A stretch of 64,000 nt of DNA from Rhina ancylostomus (lineage: Eukaryota), in contig JARFYF010000022.1 in the NCBI GenBank assembly GCA_030265395.1, forward strand, positions 30,533,120-30,597,119, written 5' to 3'. The first letter of the stretch is position 1, and each line of letters opens with the position of its first letter. Positions 38,711 through 52,019 of this stretch are shown here, in pieces. The position numbers were made by a program, and so were the translations under genes. Below the pieces are notes generated by a model. The model was given only the letters and a program-made list of their open reading frames with translations. It was not told the DNA's origin and ran no database searches.

Positions 38711-39540
38711 GGGCAACAAGGGATGGGCAATTAAATTCTGGCTCAGACTGTAAAGCCCACATTCCCATAAGTCACTATATGTCTATTGATGGATGCACTC
38801 CAGGTATAACCAGCAGAACCATGTTGCACAGAATGTTAGCATCAATTTGCTTTTCCTTTTGCAGTATAAAAGTGTTTAATAATAAATACAATTTATCATT
38901 CAAAATGTTAGGTGATTTATGCCTTTCACCATCAGTATTTGAACGTTTTTCCCCCAGGTAAAATACTGGAAATATTCAATGTCAGACAGCAGCTTTGGAA
39001 AAAAAAATTAAAGTTAACATTTCAAGTTTCCATGTACCAATGATTTTATCCCATCCAATTCACGATAGAATTCTGAGCACATATGCAGCTTAAGATCTGA
39101 GCACACAAACTACTTGCTTTCCACATGTCATAGCTTTATCCCCAGAGCCACTCCAGAGTTGTCATCATTTTCAACAGATAGTGATTATTCATGCTGCTGC
39201 TAACTTTCCACTGTGGACATGTTACCCTCTGATACACCAGTAACCTCACAAAGGTGAAAATCACACCAAGAACTGCCTGATGCCAGAACATCTCTCAATC
39301 ACCCGGCAACACAGCATCTATGGAATACATACTAAATATCCATGAAATTCAATGAGGTTTGAGAGAAATTACTGTTAAAGATAGTCAGGTATCCATGCAG
39401 AAAATTTTGGAGGAGTGAGGTTTCCAGTGTAAAACCACTTTGGTGCTGAGGTTTTCTACCCTCATCCTGCCAAGAGCACAAATTGTGGTGATCAGCAAGT
39501 AAAGATCAGGTCTGCTTGGCCAACCATTAATTTGCCGTTA

Positions 39541-39840
39541 AGTATTGGTATTGGTTTATTATGGTCACTTGTACTGAGGTACATTGAAAAACTTGCCTTG
39601 CATACCGATCATACAGGTCATTTCATTACACAGTGCAGTACTGAGTACATTGAGGTAGTGCAGGTAAAAACAATAACAGTACAGAGTAAAGTGTCACAGC
39701 TAAAGAGAAAGTGCAGTGCAATAAGGTGCAAGGTCACAACAAGGTAGATCAGGAGGTCATAGTCCATCTCATCGTACAAGGAAACCATTCAATAGTCTTA
39801 TCACAGTGGGGTAGAAGCTGTCCTTAAGTCTGGTGGTAAA
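39541..39840 (-). mobile_element. Rex1/Babar LINE 3' end, comparatively well preserved
   Basis: tattggtattggtttattatggtcacttgtactgaggtac (reversed tail) through ttcaatagtcttatcacagtggggtagaagctgtccttaagtctggtggt (reverse of TTRLKDSFYPTVIRLLN). Confidence 0.8.
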
Positions 39841-39867
39841 TGGTGCATAGCAGTACAGGGGGTTTCT

Positions 39868-39945
39868 TGAGAGCAACAATCTGCTGGAGGAACAGCAGGT
39901 CGAGCAACATCCATGGGGGAAAGGAATTGTTCTTGAGAGTCCTGC
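39868..39945 (+). mobile_element. Half copy of the Penelope-type repeat
   Basis: gagcaacaatctgctggaggaacagcaggtcgagcaacatccatgggggaaaggaattgt matches the left arm at 32485. Confidence 0.65.
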
Positions 39946-40929
39946 TGCAAGGAAGTAAATTTTAGAGATGGTGTGGCAAATCTTCTCTTTGTGGGGCCTG
40001 GAGGAAAGTTTCTGCTTCTCATGAAAGAAAATTTCAGATTCCCCACATTAGCTCTTAAAATTAGCTCAGAGCTGTACTGACAAATTAGCACACCAATTTG
40101 TACACTATTATGAGGTGCACAACTACAGATAGTGATTGCTGGGACTTGAGAAACTGAGTAACTCATCTGTTTTTAATTGTGCTTCCATTCGGCAGGGGTT
40201 AACAAAAAGTTAGTCTCAATGGACAAATATATTGTATGGTGATGAGCCAGTGTGATGAGGAAACTTCCAGGTTCAATTTCTGGTCTTCCTCAACCAGATC
40301 AGCAATAACGCTGATAACAGGCCCAGAAGGAGGGTGTGGCAACCAAGAATCCACTGGTCACAGTGCACTGATTCCCAAGCTAAAAAGTTCACATATGACT
40401 ATATCATGTGAGGATTGATCATACTTGATCGTATGATGCAATTTTCCTCTCCCAGCCCACCAGTTTACCAAAGCAATAGCATTCCCAACCATTCAAGATT
40501 ATCTTGGCATTTCCAGGAATCAAATAATAAGTTCCTGGAAACAGCTGTGAGCAACTAGTGAGAAAAATGTTAGAACTATTAAAGTATTATATGATTTTTC
40601 ATTTCCTTTCAACATATTTGTTGATAAATTGTACAAATATTGAAGAAGGTGATCAAAAGCCAGTATGACTGGGTGAGGCAATTGCAGCAGGAAGTCATCT
40701 CATGGAACCTCCAAGAATATGTCCAGCCAGAAACGACAACCTTGCCAATCTAACAGACCCCAAATACGCACCGTCTGGATCACACATGAATAATGTCCAT
40801 TCGAGCCATGTACTGGAGGACTGCCAGTCCTTATGGAACCATATCCTAGCATGAGTCAGCAATTTAAACTGAAGGGGCAGCAACAAAAATTGCAATACTT
40901 TCTTGTTTTTTCTCAAAGAAGCTTTAGTT

Positions 40930-41400
40930 TTCTAAAGCTATTTTCTGAGTTGGTAGAGAGCAGACATGTTCTGAAGATCAGAGTGAGTCTGGTCACTTAG
41001 ATCCTTAGGTACTTGATGCACATAAACTGACAAGGCAGCCCAAGCTGAAAGCTGGGAAAGGTCTATTAGTGCTGAATGTGTTAACAGAGATAGAGATTCA
41101 GTTTGAAGGACTGTACAAAAGAGGTCCAACACACTTGTGAATAAAGAACCCTGCTGAATTCTGCAGTACCAGTGTCATCGTCTTCAATTGAATCTATTGA
41201 AACACAGAGAGGATTGTGTGACAAGTATGAGGTAAGCAAAAGAGAATGTCGGGTAGGTCTGATGCACAGCATTCTAACTATAAAGACCGAAAGAAAGAAT
41301 GACTGCACTGTCTCTTTAATAATAAAATTAGACAAGATCTTCAAACAAGTGTACACCACATACAGTGGCGTTTTACTCCAGAGGATGCACATGATTCAAA
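40930..41400 (-). mobile_element. Possible Ngaro/DIRS tyrosine recombinase fossil
   Basis: Minus-strand pieces LW...TCLKILSNF, DLFCTVL, LTHSAL, PSFQLG(AA) (compare HSFRIGAA) and VPKDL occur in YR order. Confidence 0.3.
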
Positions 41401-42069
41401 ACTAGTAGTTATGAGTGCTTGTAGTGTACCACAAAATTGATCTAATTACACCCTAAAATGAAAGCGGGGAAAGCTATACCTAAAACAAATACAACATAAA
41501 GCTGCCTTTGTAATACAATGCTCCTCTTTATTGTTCAACAAAAAGGAAAATTTTGTTAGTACCCATAAGACAATTCTTACTAATAGTGGCAGAGACAAGA
41601 GAGATCCATAAACATATCACATGTCCCATTAAGGAAAACAAGGCTATTACAAGGGAGAACACAATTGTTGGGGGAATAATGAAATAAAACTCACCCAATT
41701 CAGCTATGTAAAGCAATACTCTTTTCAAGAGAGGCTTTGTATTTTCTCTCATCATCCATTCCATGTATTCAAAGTGTGCATGTATTGGACATTTGAGTAG
41801 CGGAAATATTAGTTATACATATTTAAACCCTCCATCCAAAGGTGTATCAGTGTGATGTATATATCAGTTCAGATTTAAAAGAACTCACTTCATTTTTTTT
41901 TAATATTCACACTGAAAACAATCCATAGCTTCACTTGTTCAATAGTGAGAGGTAGTTAAGCCTCGGTACACATGGAAAACACAATTATATGCTGGTTAAA
42001 GAAAGAAACATAATAAAAGCTGGTCAAGTGCCAGATCATAGCAAGGGCTGTATGGTTGCTAAGCCATTA

Positions 42070-42400
42070 ATTCCATAACAGGCCAATCAGTATGCCAAAG
42101 TAGTAATGTCACATTAGGCCATTCCTTGTTGCTATGCCAAACCAGTGATGTCATTATAAACCATTCTGTGCTGCTATGTCACTAAAAACCTTTTCATATT
42201 GTTATATTTGTGATGTCATAACAGGCCACTTCTTGTTTTCAAGTCTGTGATATCACAACAGCCCATTTCTTATTTCCATGTCAGGGTAGGTTGCACCATG
42301 CTGCTGTATCAGTGATCTCACAAACATTTAACCCTTTGTTAACTCTTTGATCATTAATTGAAAGTTTCTTCCCACTATGTCAGCAATGTCACAATAGCTA
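42070..42400. repeat. Degenerate 36-42 bp tandem array (core gtgatgtcac/ta...gccattc.ttgtt)
   Basis: Cores at about 42103, 42144, 42210, 42248, 42312 and 42383. Confidence 0.7.
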
Positions 42401-44829
42401 ACCTTTCACATCAATTTCACATCACATAAAGAAATCTATATAGAGAGTATCTACAAAAGCAGGTAAAATTTAACATAGCAGCATTGCAAAATGAATGCAA
42501 GCAGGCTTACTGTCTGTTATACACAGAACCCGATTCTTTCCAATAGAAAGGAAAACCAGACTGGGTATGTGTATTATGGTTAGCCAATTCACTACCATCA
42601 ATTTAAAGCCCTCACCAAAGTAAAATATTACCCTCAATCTAATCTTTATGTTAAAGAAAATTACATTTGCTGTGTATACAATAACGTAGTTGTATTATAT
42701 TGAGGGTTATATTATTATGTATTTTCTTTTTCTTTAAAAAAAAGTTACATATTTTGCAAGGATTTAACCATGGCACCATGTGGTTAAATCTCCTATGGTT
42801 AATCCTGAAGTCTGTTAGACAGACATGCAAACACCCATACACAATTGACAATGGAGAAAAATCCTCATTAAAATTTACCACTGTATACTTGATTCCTGAG
42901 GAAGTGTGAGAGTGTGATGGTAATAAAAGATTCTATTAGTGTGACTAAAATTTCCATAAACAAGTATGCAGATACGCAGAGACATCACATTTTTCAGCAA
43001 AATCATTCACTCCAAATCCTTACCATATTTAATACATAATCACATAATTTTCACATATAACTTTGCACTGTGCCATTTACGGCTGCAACACAATTCCACA
43101 CAATATTCAGATCATGCCAATTCACATGCATAAATGCAGTAAAATCTTTGCTTTTATGTGTCCATTAGCACTCACATGGAAATGAACACTCAGAAACATA
43201 TAGTCAGCCATCCTTCATACACATGAATTTGCACTTATATAATAATTCATTCATACAGATATTTTAACTTCAATTCCCAATACCCCATTGATCACTAATC
43301 AGTGTACACAGAGTTTATACATTGTTTGCATCAATAATTTGCTTTTGCCAGAACACAATAGATGATTAATCATTTTTTACCTGAAAAATCTTATGATGCT
43401 GTAAAATATGTAGCCATCATAGAGTATCCTATTAAATTAAAACTTAAACCACTAAAACATAGTAAAATCTAAAACCGGAAGCAACAAAACATACATGCAA
43501 GGTTCCAAGGAAGTTCTATACACTAGCTTGTCCAGAGCTACCCACTGTGTAGCTAACATGAATGGTGAACCATCTTTAATAAGCACTCCATGGGTAGTTG
43601 CATGACACACATATTGCAAGTGTCATCGAATCAGTTAAGCTTGTGTAAGACTCCTTTCAAATATAAACTCATATATTTCTTGCCAATAGCTCCTATTTCT
43701 GTAATGCCTTGCATTGACAGCCATTTGTCTAGTGAAATATTTGTGGAGTTGTAGAAGAAAATAAATTCTATTTTCTTCTCTCTTTTCTCCAGTGTAAGCA
43801 GGGAACCAAATTTCAAATCACCTCCCACTCCTCGATTTCTCTGAACAGCAGCAGCAAGTCCAGCTGGGAAATGAGCAGCCTTCAAACAGAGGTCGTAAAC
43901 CATGTTTTGTGAATGATAGGATATGGACTTGGATAGGTGGCGGGATGGCAGAACATTGAAGGGATAGAGATGTAAACTCACAGCCTACAAAAAGGATGCG
44001 ATGAGTGGTTTGAATGGTATTTATCACATCTTCTTCCCCTGTCTTTCATAAATTAACAATCAAACTCCTCAGATGATTGCATTTACTTTATATGTACAAT
44101 TACTATGGCTTTTTTCAGTTTAACATGAAGAACTATCAATAATGTACCATGCATTATTTTGATTTTCTCATTTCTGGCTTCCTCATAAGATAAATGGTAT
44201 CTTTATAAACCATAATTACAAAATAAAAGTTGTGGGATGTCTTTTATCAGCATACAGCCCTTTGGATTCCTAAATCTGCATTTATTCCACACATAATGGA
44301 AAAAAATTACCTGAGTTTTTAAAATTTGTACATGTACAAATGTTGCTGTGATTGACAACTATGCTTCATATTGCTAATTCTCTCCAGTCTCATCATACAA
44401 TTGTAATGGAGTTTGGTTCCTGAAGTGCTGGCTGCCTCCCAGGCCCCAGTTAATGACTATTCTTCAAGTATTAATATGGACTGTGAGCAATGGCAAACTA
44501 CACAAAGGGAAATCACAGCCCAGCTAGTCCTCCTTTCCTTTTATAATTCAACCTTCAGCCTCCCCAGAAGGAGTATCGACACCAATTGGATGTGGCAACG
44601 TTGCCTGCTTCTCAGTTTTCTAGTCCAAGGACACTGAGTTGAATGGATTGGTTCCTCTAGTCTATACATCAACAGCAATCCAGTCCAAAAACTGCCTCAG
44701 GAATACATAGGTTATGCAGGTCTAAGTTGTGATTCTTTGGATGAGGTATTAAACTGAAGCCCTTATTGATAAGCTGCAGCAATTTAAAAGAAGGGGCTCT
44801 CGTTCTTGCCTCAACCAACAGTAAAATAT

Positions 44830-44915
44830 AATAACAGAAACAGCTGGAAATAATCAGCGTCAGGCAGCATCTGTTGGGAGGGAAACAGGGTTGATATTTC
44901 AGATCAGTCATTAGA
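44830..44915 (+). mobile_element. Half copy of the Penelope-type repeat
   Basis: aacagaaacagctggaaataatcagcgtcaggcagcatctgttgggagggaaacagggttgatatttcag. Confidence 0.6.
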
Positions 44916-47799
44916 ACCAAAACTATACCAATTTGTTGTTCACCCTATTACTATTTGTAAGATTTGTTTCGTGTAAAATAATTCTCCAAACTCCAGTCAC
45001 TCAACTGCCCTTGTTTCCCTACATAACAACAGTAACTGCTTAAAAAGGCCACTCATTTGGGATACCTTCAGTAACATGACAAGGTGTTATGTAAACACAA
45101 GTACCTCATAACCCCATGGCTCAATGGTCCAGTTTATTATTTTATTTTTCTTTTATGAGGTCTGAAGTGGCTCATAACAGTTTATGAGTGAATGTGCATC
45201 TGTATAACTGAGAGCAATAACAATTCTTCCATCTCAGAATCTCAGGACCATCGGAGAAATTTGACAATGTTGAATTTGAACTCCTTCCAATTTAATGAAT
45301 GTGAAGCCAAAATTGATATAAAAATAAACAAAACACACTCCTCAGAGGCCTAGTAAGTTAGATATACAGTCTGATGCAATACAAAGCCATAGAAACCAGG
45401 AAGTCTGGATCTGACTTGGCTATGATGCTCCCATTTCTCTCTTTTCATTCCATGTGCCTTTCTGGTCATAGGCTGTCCAGTTGATACATGTTGCTGGTTC
45501 TAGGATTTTAATGGAGTTTCTCACATTCAATCTATCATTCTCTAATAAAAGAAGCCAAGATAGTACCACTTAGACACAGGACTTCCCAGAACCAACAGCA
45601 TAACCAAATAGGCTCTAATTAAAATGTTGCCATCTGTACAACTGATTGTGCTTTTCAGTCAAACAGTTTGGTTCTGCATGGTTCAAAATAAGAGCCTGCA
45701 CCCTCAAGTATTCCTCACCACTTTTCAGCATTTGGAATATTCCACCAACAGAGCACAACCTTCCAGCCATGAGCTGCCACAGAATAAAGAATGCTTAGAT
45801 GAGGATGAATTTAGAAGATGTTGAAAGGGATCATCCTGGCCAAATGAATATCTAGATCCATTTAAATCATGAACAGAGCTTTTAAGGAGTTGTCTTGCTA
45901 ACTTTTATGACTCCACCAGTTTTCAGAAGCTTACATCCTTTAAACTTTATCTAAACTTCTATCTGTAATCTCTAAATTCCTGCTAAGTGCCCAAAAAGAA
46001 AATTACCAAGTGAAGTACTGGGGTGGATTATGGGGTAATAGGAAATTCCACTGCCTGAAAGGTACTACAAATACATTATCTATAAGCGAAAATGGAAGCT
46101 CAGTACTGACACAATACCAGTATTAGGCACGAGCACATTACAAAAATCATCCATCAGACAGAACTTATTGAACACTAATGTTGAAATAATAAATAAATTA
46201 GACGTAATCTATTACTCCACAGGAGGTGCATTTGGTACACCAATCTCACTACTTATCTTTGCCTCAACCAACCCACATGACAAACAAACCATTTTTATGC
46301 CCTCTTTTGCACTGAATCAACCTACTCACAGCACTGCACACCAAACCCTGTTCTTGCCTAATTGTGCTCATTCTTAAAGTCTCAGAACATTTTGAACACA
46401 AATTCTCATTTCCTCATACGGTGAGTTGTGAAAGTAGCTGTGTAGGTTCATTCATCTTGTAGTAATTGCTTTATGCTAATGGAAACACTCTTCAAAGTGC
46501 AGTTTTTATGTTATATTTTATTACAGTAAAAAATTGTACAATAATGCAATTATCACTTTGTATTTCTAAATGCAACTCCGTATACTGCAGATAATTTTAC
46601 CATGAAGAAAACTGATATTAAAAATGCTTATATTGCACTACTTAAAAATAGCAGAGGCTCCTGCAGTGTCACTGTACTTTGGTTAGTACCCACTCAAAAT
46701 TCATTTGCCCCATCACATTTCTCTGAAGCATTCCAATAAACCTCTTCTCATTTTGTGACAAGTACAACAATACATCTTTTGTCAGAACATATCACTTTAC
46801 TGCCAGCACGCAGGGTATTCAAACTGTCCCTCACATGACTTTTAACCATACCTTAATAAATTCCATTCAATCCCCTTGTCATTAATATTCAGAAGGGACT
46901 GCATGCTAGACTGACTTCCAGTTAAGACTGAGTTGGAGGTTTCATGTTGTAGACAGTGCTGCACTTTAACTCTGGCTAGTATCAAAACATAGCTTCAGGG
47001 ATTCACAGAATTTGGCCCAGTTGAACTTGGTTCGGATTTTGTTTTGGGTTTGACCTGTAACAACATNNNNNNNNNNGTCTGGAGCTCTCTTTCTGGAGAG
47101 TGCTTATGCCTACTTCTTAATCTCTGAGTAATGGCCTTCATTACTATACCAAGAAAAGAGATACAACTGGGAAGGAACTTAAAGAAAGCTTTGGTTATAT
47201 ATAGACCATCTATACATTTCTATTTCTGCAAGCTTGTCCCTTTTTGACCGAAGGGGATATATTACTGAGGCTCAGCTTACTTAGATTCTGCATCCTGTCA
47301 CTTTATGGCAGAGGTCATTGATGACTGCTACAGAGAAGGACACAGGGCAAACCACTGCATTCTGCCAGAACAAAATAAAACAAGGGAAGTGGGTGAAAGG
47401 AGGGAGAGCAGGCAGAAACAAAAAGAACATTGAAAATCACTTGGGAAATCAGCATTTGTGAATAGTTGATGCACATGATTTTTAATTTACTCTTTTATAA
47501 AAGCTGCACTGTGTCATTGATCTCAACATAGAAAGAACTATAAATATCATAATATTGCTGTGTAAACAGTACATTTAACTCCACTTCAGCAAATATATTT
47601 CTGTTTTGAATGATTATACCTGCAATATCCCCTTTCCTTATTATTTGCTTTATATGCTTAACCAATTCACATGTCTGATGAGATTCTGTTAGTATTCCAT
47701 AAGCATTCCTTATACCTTAAAACAATGTACATTTCCTCATCCAGAACTGATAATTCTCACTTTTAAACACAGTTTGCTGTTTTAATTACATTGGTTCAC

Positions 47800-48979
47800 T
47801 CAAATTATTGAATATTCACTTAAAATTGGCAGAAGTACACTGTATTGGCCAAATTATTTTACTTTGTCCTGATACAGCTGTCTGGAGTGCAAATACTGTT
47901 CTAGAGTTTGTGATATTATAATCCCACAGATTTATTGTGAAGGAGTAAGATCAAAGTAGGGCATCACAAAAAGCTGCAGAACTGATTTTGTTTAGTTAGT
48001 CCCTTTTCCACTGAAAAGAATGCTTAAAATCTTTTACATCAATTATATTGGGAGTTTATCAGACATGTTCCATACCTTTCACTTAATGAACTTCTGATCA
48101 TTCATGGAAGATAAAGGTACTACAGCATGAATAAGAATTCAGAGCAACCTGCATTGCTCACCAAGTCATGAAGTAATTTTGACTTAACCCACCAATGAAA
48201 TGTGAAATCAGGCATAGTAGGAAATCAGCTGCCAATTTGAACCTATCCGTTTCTTGCTAAGCTGTTTAGGTTTCAGTAACTGCACAGTCAGTTGATTTCC
48301 ATAAGTAATGCTGATTGGGGACAAGTGAACTAGTCTGAGAGGTGCATTAAAAAAGCACCACACTCCCACCCACAATTTACAACAAATTACAGTTTCATTC
48401 CATCTCTTCTGAAACACTTAAAATGCATATGTATTTATTAAAATATTTTTTAAATGTTAGAGGAAATACAAATTTAGTCACACTTGCTAGCCTTGACCAG
48501 TACCCAAATGTCAGCTCTGGCAAAGAATATGGCAAAGTTCTATAGTGATGCCTCCAATGGTCAAATAGTTTGATAATATATCACTCTCCCACACGAGGAG
48601 TGCCTGGGCAGCTGTTGACCATATAACCCAGTAACAGTCAGTCCTTTGAGAAATATAAAGTGAAAAGTTGGAGAAAAAATACAACTGTTAAGGAAGGAAT
48701 CCACCAGCCCCACTCCTCAGTCAACACACACTCCTTGCCTTCCAACTGCAAATATGTTTTCTATGCCTGTGATGAACAGATTATGCACTTTCCTGCAGAA
48801 TTTTCCAATCAAAATTTGTGTCAACAATATCACAGTTTGTGAAGAAATGGCGTGAAAGACTTCATAAGCATTTTGTATCCCAAACCATCTGAAGAGCAGT
48901 TTGAAGTCCACATATGGTTCTATGTTGAAAGATGTCATTCAAAGTGTAGATAGTAATGCTGAACAAGCTGAGAAACGTG

Positions 48980-49014
<35 letters not shown>

Positions 49015-50300
49015 CTGTGACATACACAACAGCTCTCCTTAACTGGATACCTTTACTTTTAAAATAACATTTTAACTGTTTAGCTAAATTGTGATAAAGC
49101 AATGCAAGAAACAGAAGGAAACCTGCCATAAAGAACTGCACAGGGTTTTCACACCTTTCACACTGCACAATCCTTATCTGACTTGCTTTAAGACCCAGAT
49201 TGTTTCAAAAATGACATTTCACACAATCCAGCAAAAAAAGACAAAATTCAGACTGCAGATGCCCAATGTAGATTGCTAAGTGTACTCAGGTGACAATGTG
49301 TAAAAACAACAGGAAAAATGACTTTATAAAAAGACCAAAAGTCACTGAACCGTATCTCCCCTTTACTTAGCTATCACCAAACAAATGACAAGAGATGTTT
49401 ATACTGTGTGGTTTTGCACATAAGTCACATCGTCTACCATCACAAAGTAAAACTGAGCACCATCAAGTAACTTTACAATATGAGCAATCTGCTCTCTGCG
49501 CTTTAACAGAGAATTGCTGGAGCTCTCTGCTCATTCAGTCACACCTTACAGATGCTCCCTGGGAATACTGGCCCGGGAGTACTGAGGAGTTTTGACATTG
49601 TATCTTTGTCCTTCTCACCAAGTGTTGATGATTTTCCCCAGCTCCATTTATTCCTCATGATTGACTCTGCTACTTCTTTTGAAGAAATGGGAGCAATTTT
49701 CATCTTCCCCTGTAGTGAACTCTGGGGGAACTTAATTCTAATGGTTAGGTTGGTTTCTTCAGCACTGCATGTGATCAGTCTGTCACTAGCTAGATACTTT
49801 ATTACAAATGTCAAAATATTCAAAGGATCCCCTGCATGGTATCCAACTGGAAGCAATGAGATATCACCAAACATGGTAATAACAGGAACAAGAATGGTCC
49901 ATTTTGGACCTGAAGATAAGATTTATTTTGTTATCCTTGGAAACTCTTAGTGTTTTAGATTCTGTTCGATACCCTTTCTCCACAAGGACAATAACGTACC
50001 ACTTTAGTACCAATGGTACTGCAGCTATTTGCTTCTCACATTATACACCAGTGAAGCTGCTCAGGCACCCAGGCACATATGTTTAGAAATTGGACCCATT
50101 TTTGCCTTTGTTTCATGCATAAATTGTGCTTTAAAAGCATTCTGCGCCCATTTTGAAGAGCTTGCACCAACTTCTTGTTGATAGTTCACCACTGGGTAAT
50201 TGAGTAGGCATTCCTGTTGGAGTTCATGACAATGTAGGTTTAATTTCCTTGTCAAATTTGGCACATGTAATGATGTCATCAATATGTGCAGTTCAAGTTA
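47800..50300 (-). mobile_element. Ancient non-LTR retrotransposon RT fossil, clade undetermined
   Basis: Minus-strand ordered motifs: PISSKEVAESI..GKSS, GD...GRY.SVTF, GHLQSEF (compare GELQNGF), IWVLKQ, AGFL...YHNL...KGI, CIFSPTF (compare QGC.LSP.LF) and IFFARA (compare LFADD). Confidence 0.55.
48977..49013. repeat. (GT)n microsatellite
   Basis: Directly visible. It lies inside the RT fossil. Confidence 0.95.
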
Positions 50301-51819
50301 ATTACTCAACAACAAAAATTTGACTGAAAGGTCATGACCAATGACTTTCGTAAGTAAGTCACAAGACGTACATCATGCTGGAAGCAGTGAAGTATATGTA
50401 AATTGAAGTGTTCCTTCCTAAGATAAATTTTATATGCTTAAAAGCGTGCCCTGTAATTTTTATTAAACCAAAATCAGTGCTGGCAGCCTTTCTTAAAGGT
50501 CAAGAAGTCTGTAAACTGGTAACTGTGACTCACCTGAGGTGTGGACCCAATGTTGCAGCTGATTGCGGAGGCTTGCTGTGGTGGAGGGGAGTGTTTTGGA
50601 AGAGTGGGGTGTCGCATTCAGAGACCCAAATGCCATTGAGTGATTTCTTGAAAAACCCTGACCCATTTCCTATGAATCAGCATGTGAGTGGCATGGCAGC
50701 TGCAAGCCTAGCAAATAATTGCCATCTGTGGATACTTGAGTTGAGTTTAAATGATCTTAAAGGGAGCAAATCATGACAATGATTACTAAAAGCAAAGATT
50801 ACAAGATCCTCTTAGAATGTAAAATGCTGCAGGGTTCACTGCAAATCTACTGCAAACCCTCACTACTGTCTCCTCCACCCTCATCCAATAAGTTCAGTTG
50901 CTTGTGAAGCATCTACTTCGCCATCTCTGCCTCTTCCCTCTTTGTCCTAATGTACAAACCCAAACCTCTTCTGTCCACTCTCCTCTCCTGCTCTAGTCCA
51001 AACTTGCATAATTGTCTAGTTTCATTCTTGTGCCCAATCCAAGTTTATTGTATCCAAGAGATGCAACTTCTGCTCGTTTGATCCCTTTCTTTTCTTCTGA
51101 GGCTGTGCTTCAGGGTCAATGCTTCCACTCCATTTCCGTGAATTCTATGGGATCCACAGACTCTGCCAGAGATGGGGCTGGTGGTGACCAATACATTGTT
51201 TGATTATGACCTTTGAATACTTTCTCTTTAAAGACTCAAGGCATTCAATACATTTCTGTTTGTCATGTTGCAGGCATAGAGACATGTAATGGCAATACAT
51301 TTCTGTGGACAGACAAATTGAAAGTAGATAAGAATGGTGATTTGGTGTATTCTGTATATTTTTCTTAGATTTGTTGTGTGGTAATCACATCCGTTGTACC
51401 CCTTGAATGCCAGAATCTGCATTTTCACTTTGGGCGGAGCTCTTTAAAGAAGGCAGGTGAATAGATTCGTCATGATAACCTTCTCTATAGGAGATAACAA
51501 GGAGACCCCTGTGTAACATCCTCTTTCTTGAGGGTGATTGCATTTACAACATCCCTGAGGTTCTGTGGCAAGCTCTCCTTTTCCCAGATAAGTGAGATGA
51601 GGTCATTCCTACGAAAATGGTGACCACTAATTTCCCTTCTTGGCTCTAGCTTTAGTTAATATTATTTTCTTGGTTCTCTTTGAGTACTTTTCCCTGCCCT
51701 TCAATCTCCCATCTTCAAACAAAAACATCTGTAATTCTTGCAAGCTGCTGCTCCATTTTTAACCCTTTACAAAATATTTTAATTTACAGACCCCTGCCCG
51801 TCTTTCTTGAAACACCATA

Positions 51820-51972
51820 TTTCAGAGATTGACTGCTATATTAAGTGAATCAAGGGATATAAATTAGCACAGAAGAGGGGTGTTGAAGTAAAAGTTTCGC
51901 TAGGAACTTATTGAATGGTAGCATGGGCACTAAGGCCTGAATGGCCTCTCCCTGCTTCTGTTTTTTATGTTA
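51820..51972 (+). mobile_element. CR1 3' UTR tail
   Basis: gaatcaagggatat...ttattgaatggtagcatgggcactaaggcctgaatggcctctccctgcttctgttttttatgtt. Confidence 0.7.
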
Positions 51973-52019
51973 TCATTTTAGTTCATAGTCTCTCCAATTA
52001 GGTTCCTTTCCTGTTAACG

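Noticed and set aside
42070-42400. CRISPR-like repeat-spacer appearance
   Set aside because: Repeats are short and degenerate, the linkers resemble each other, there are no cas genes, and the context is vertebrate.
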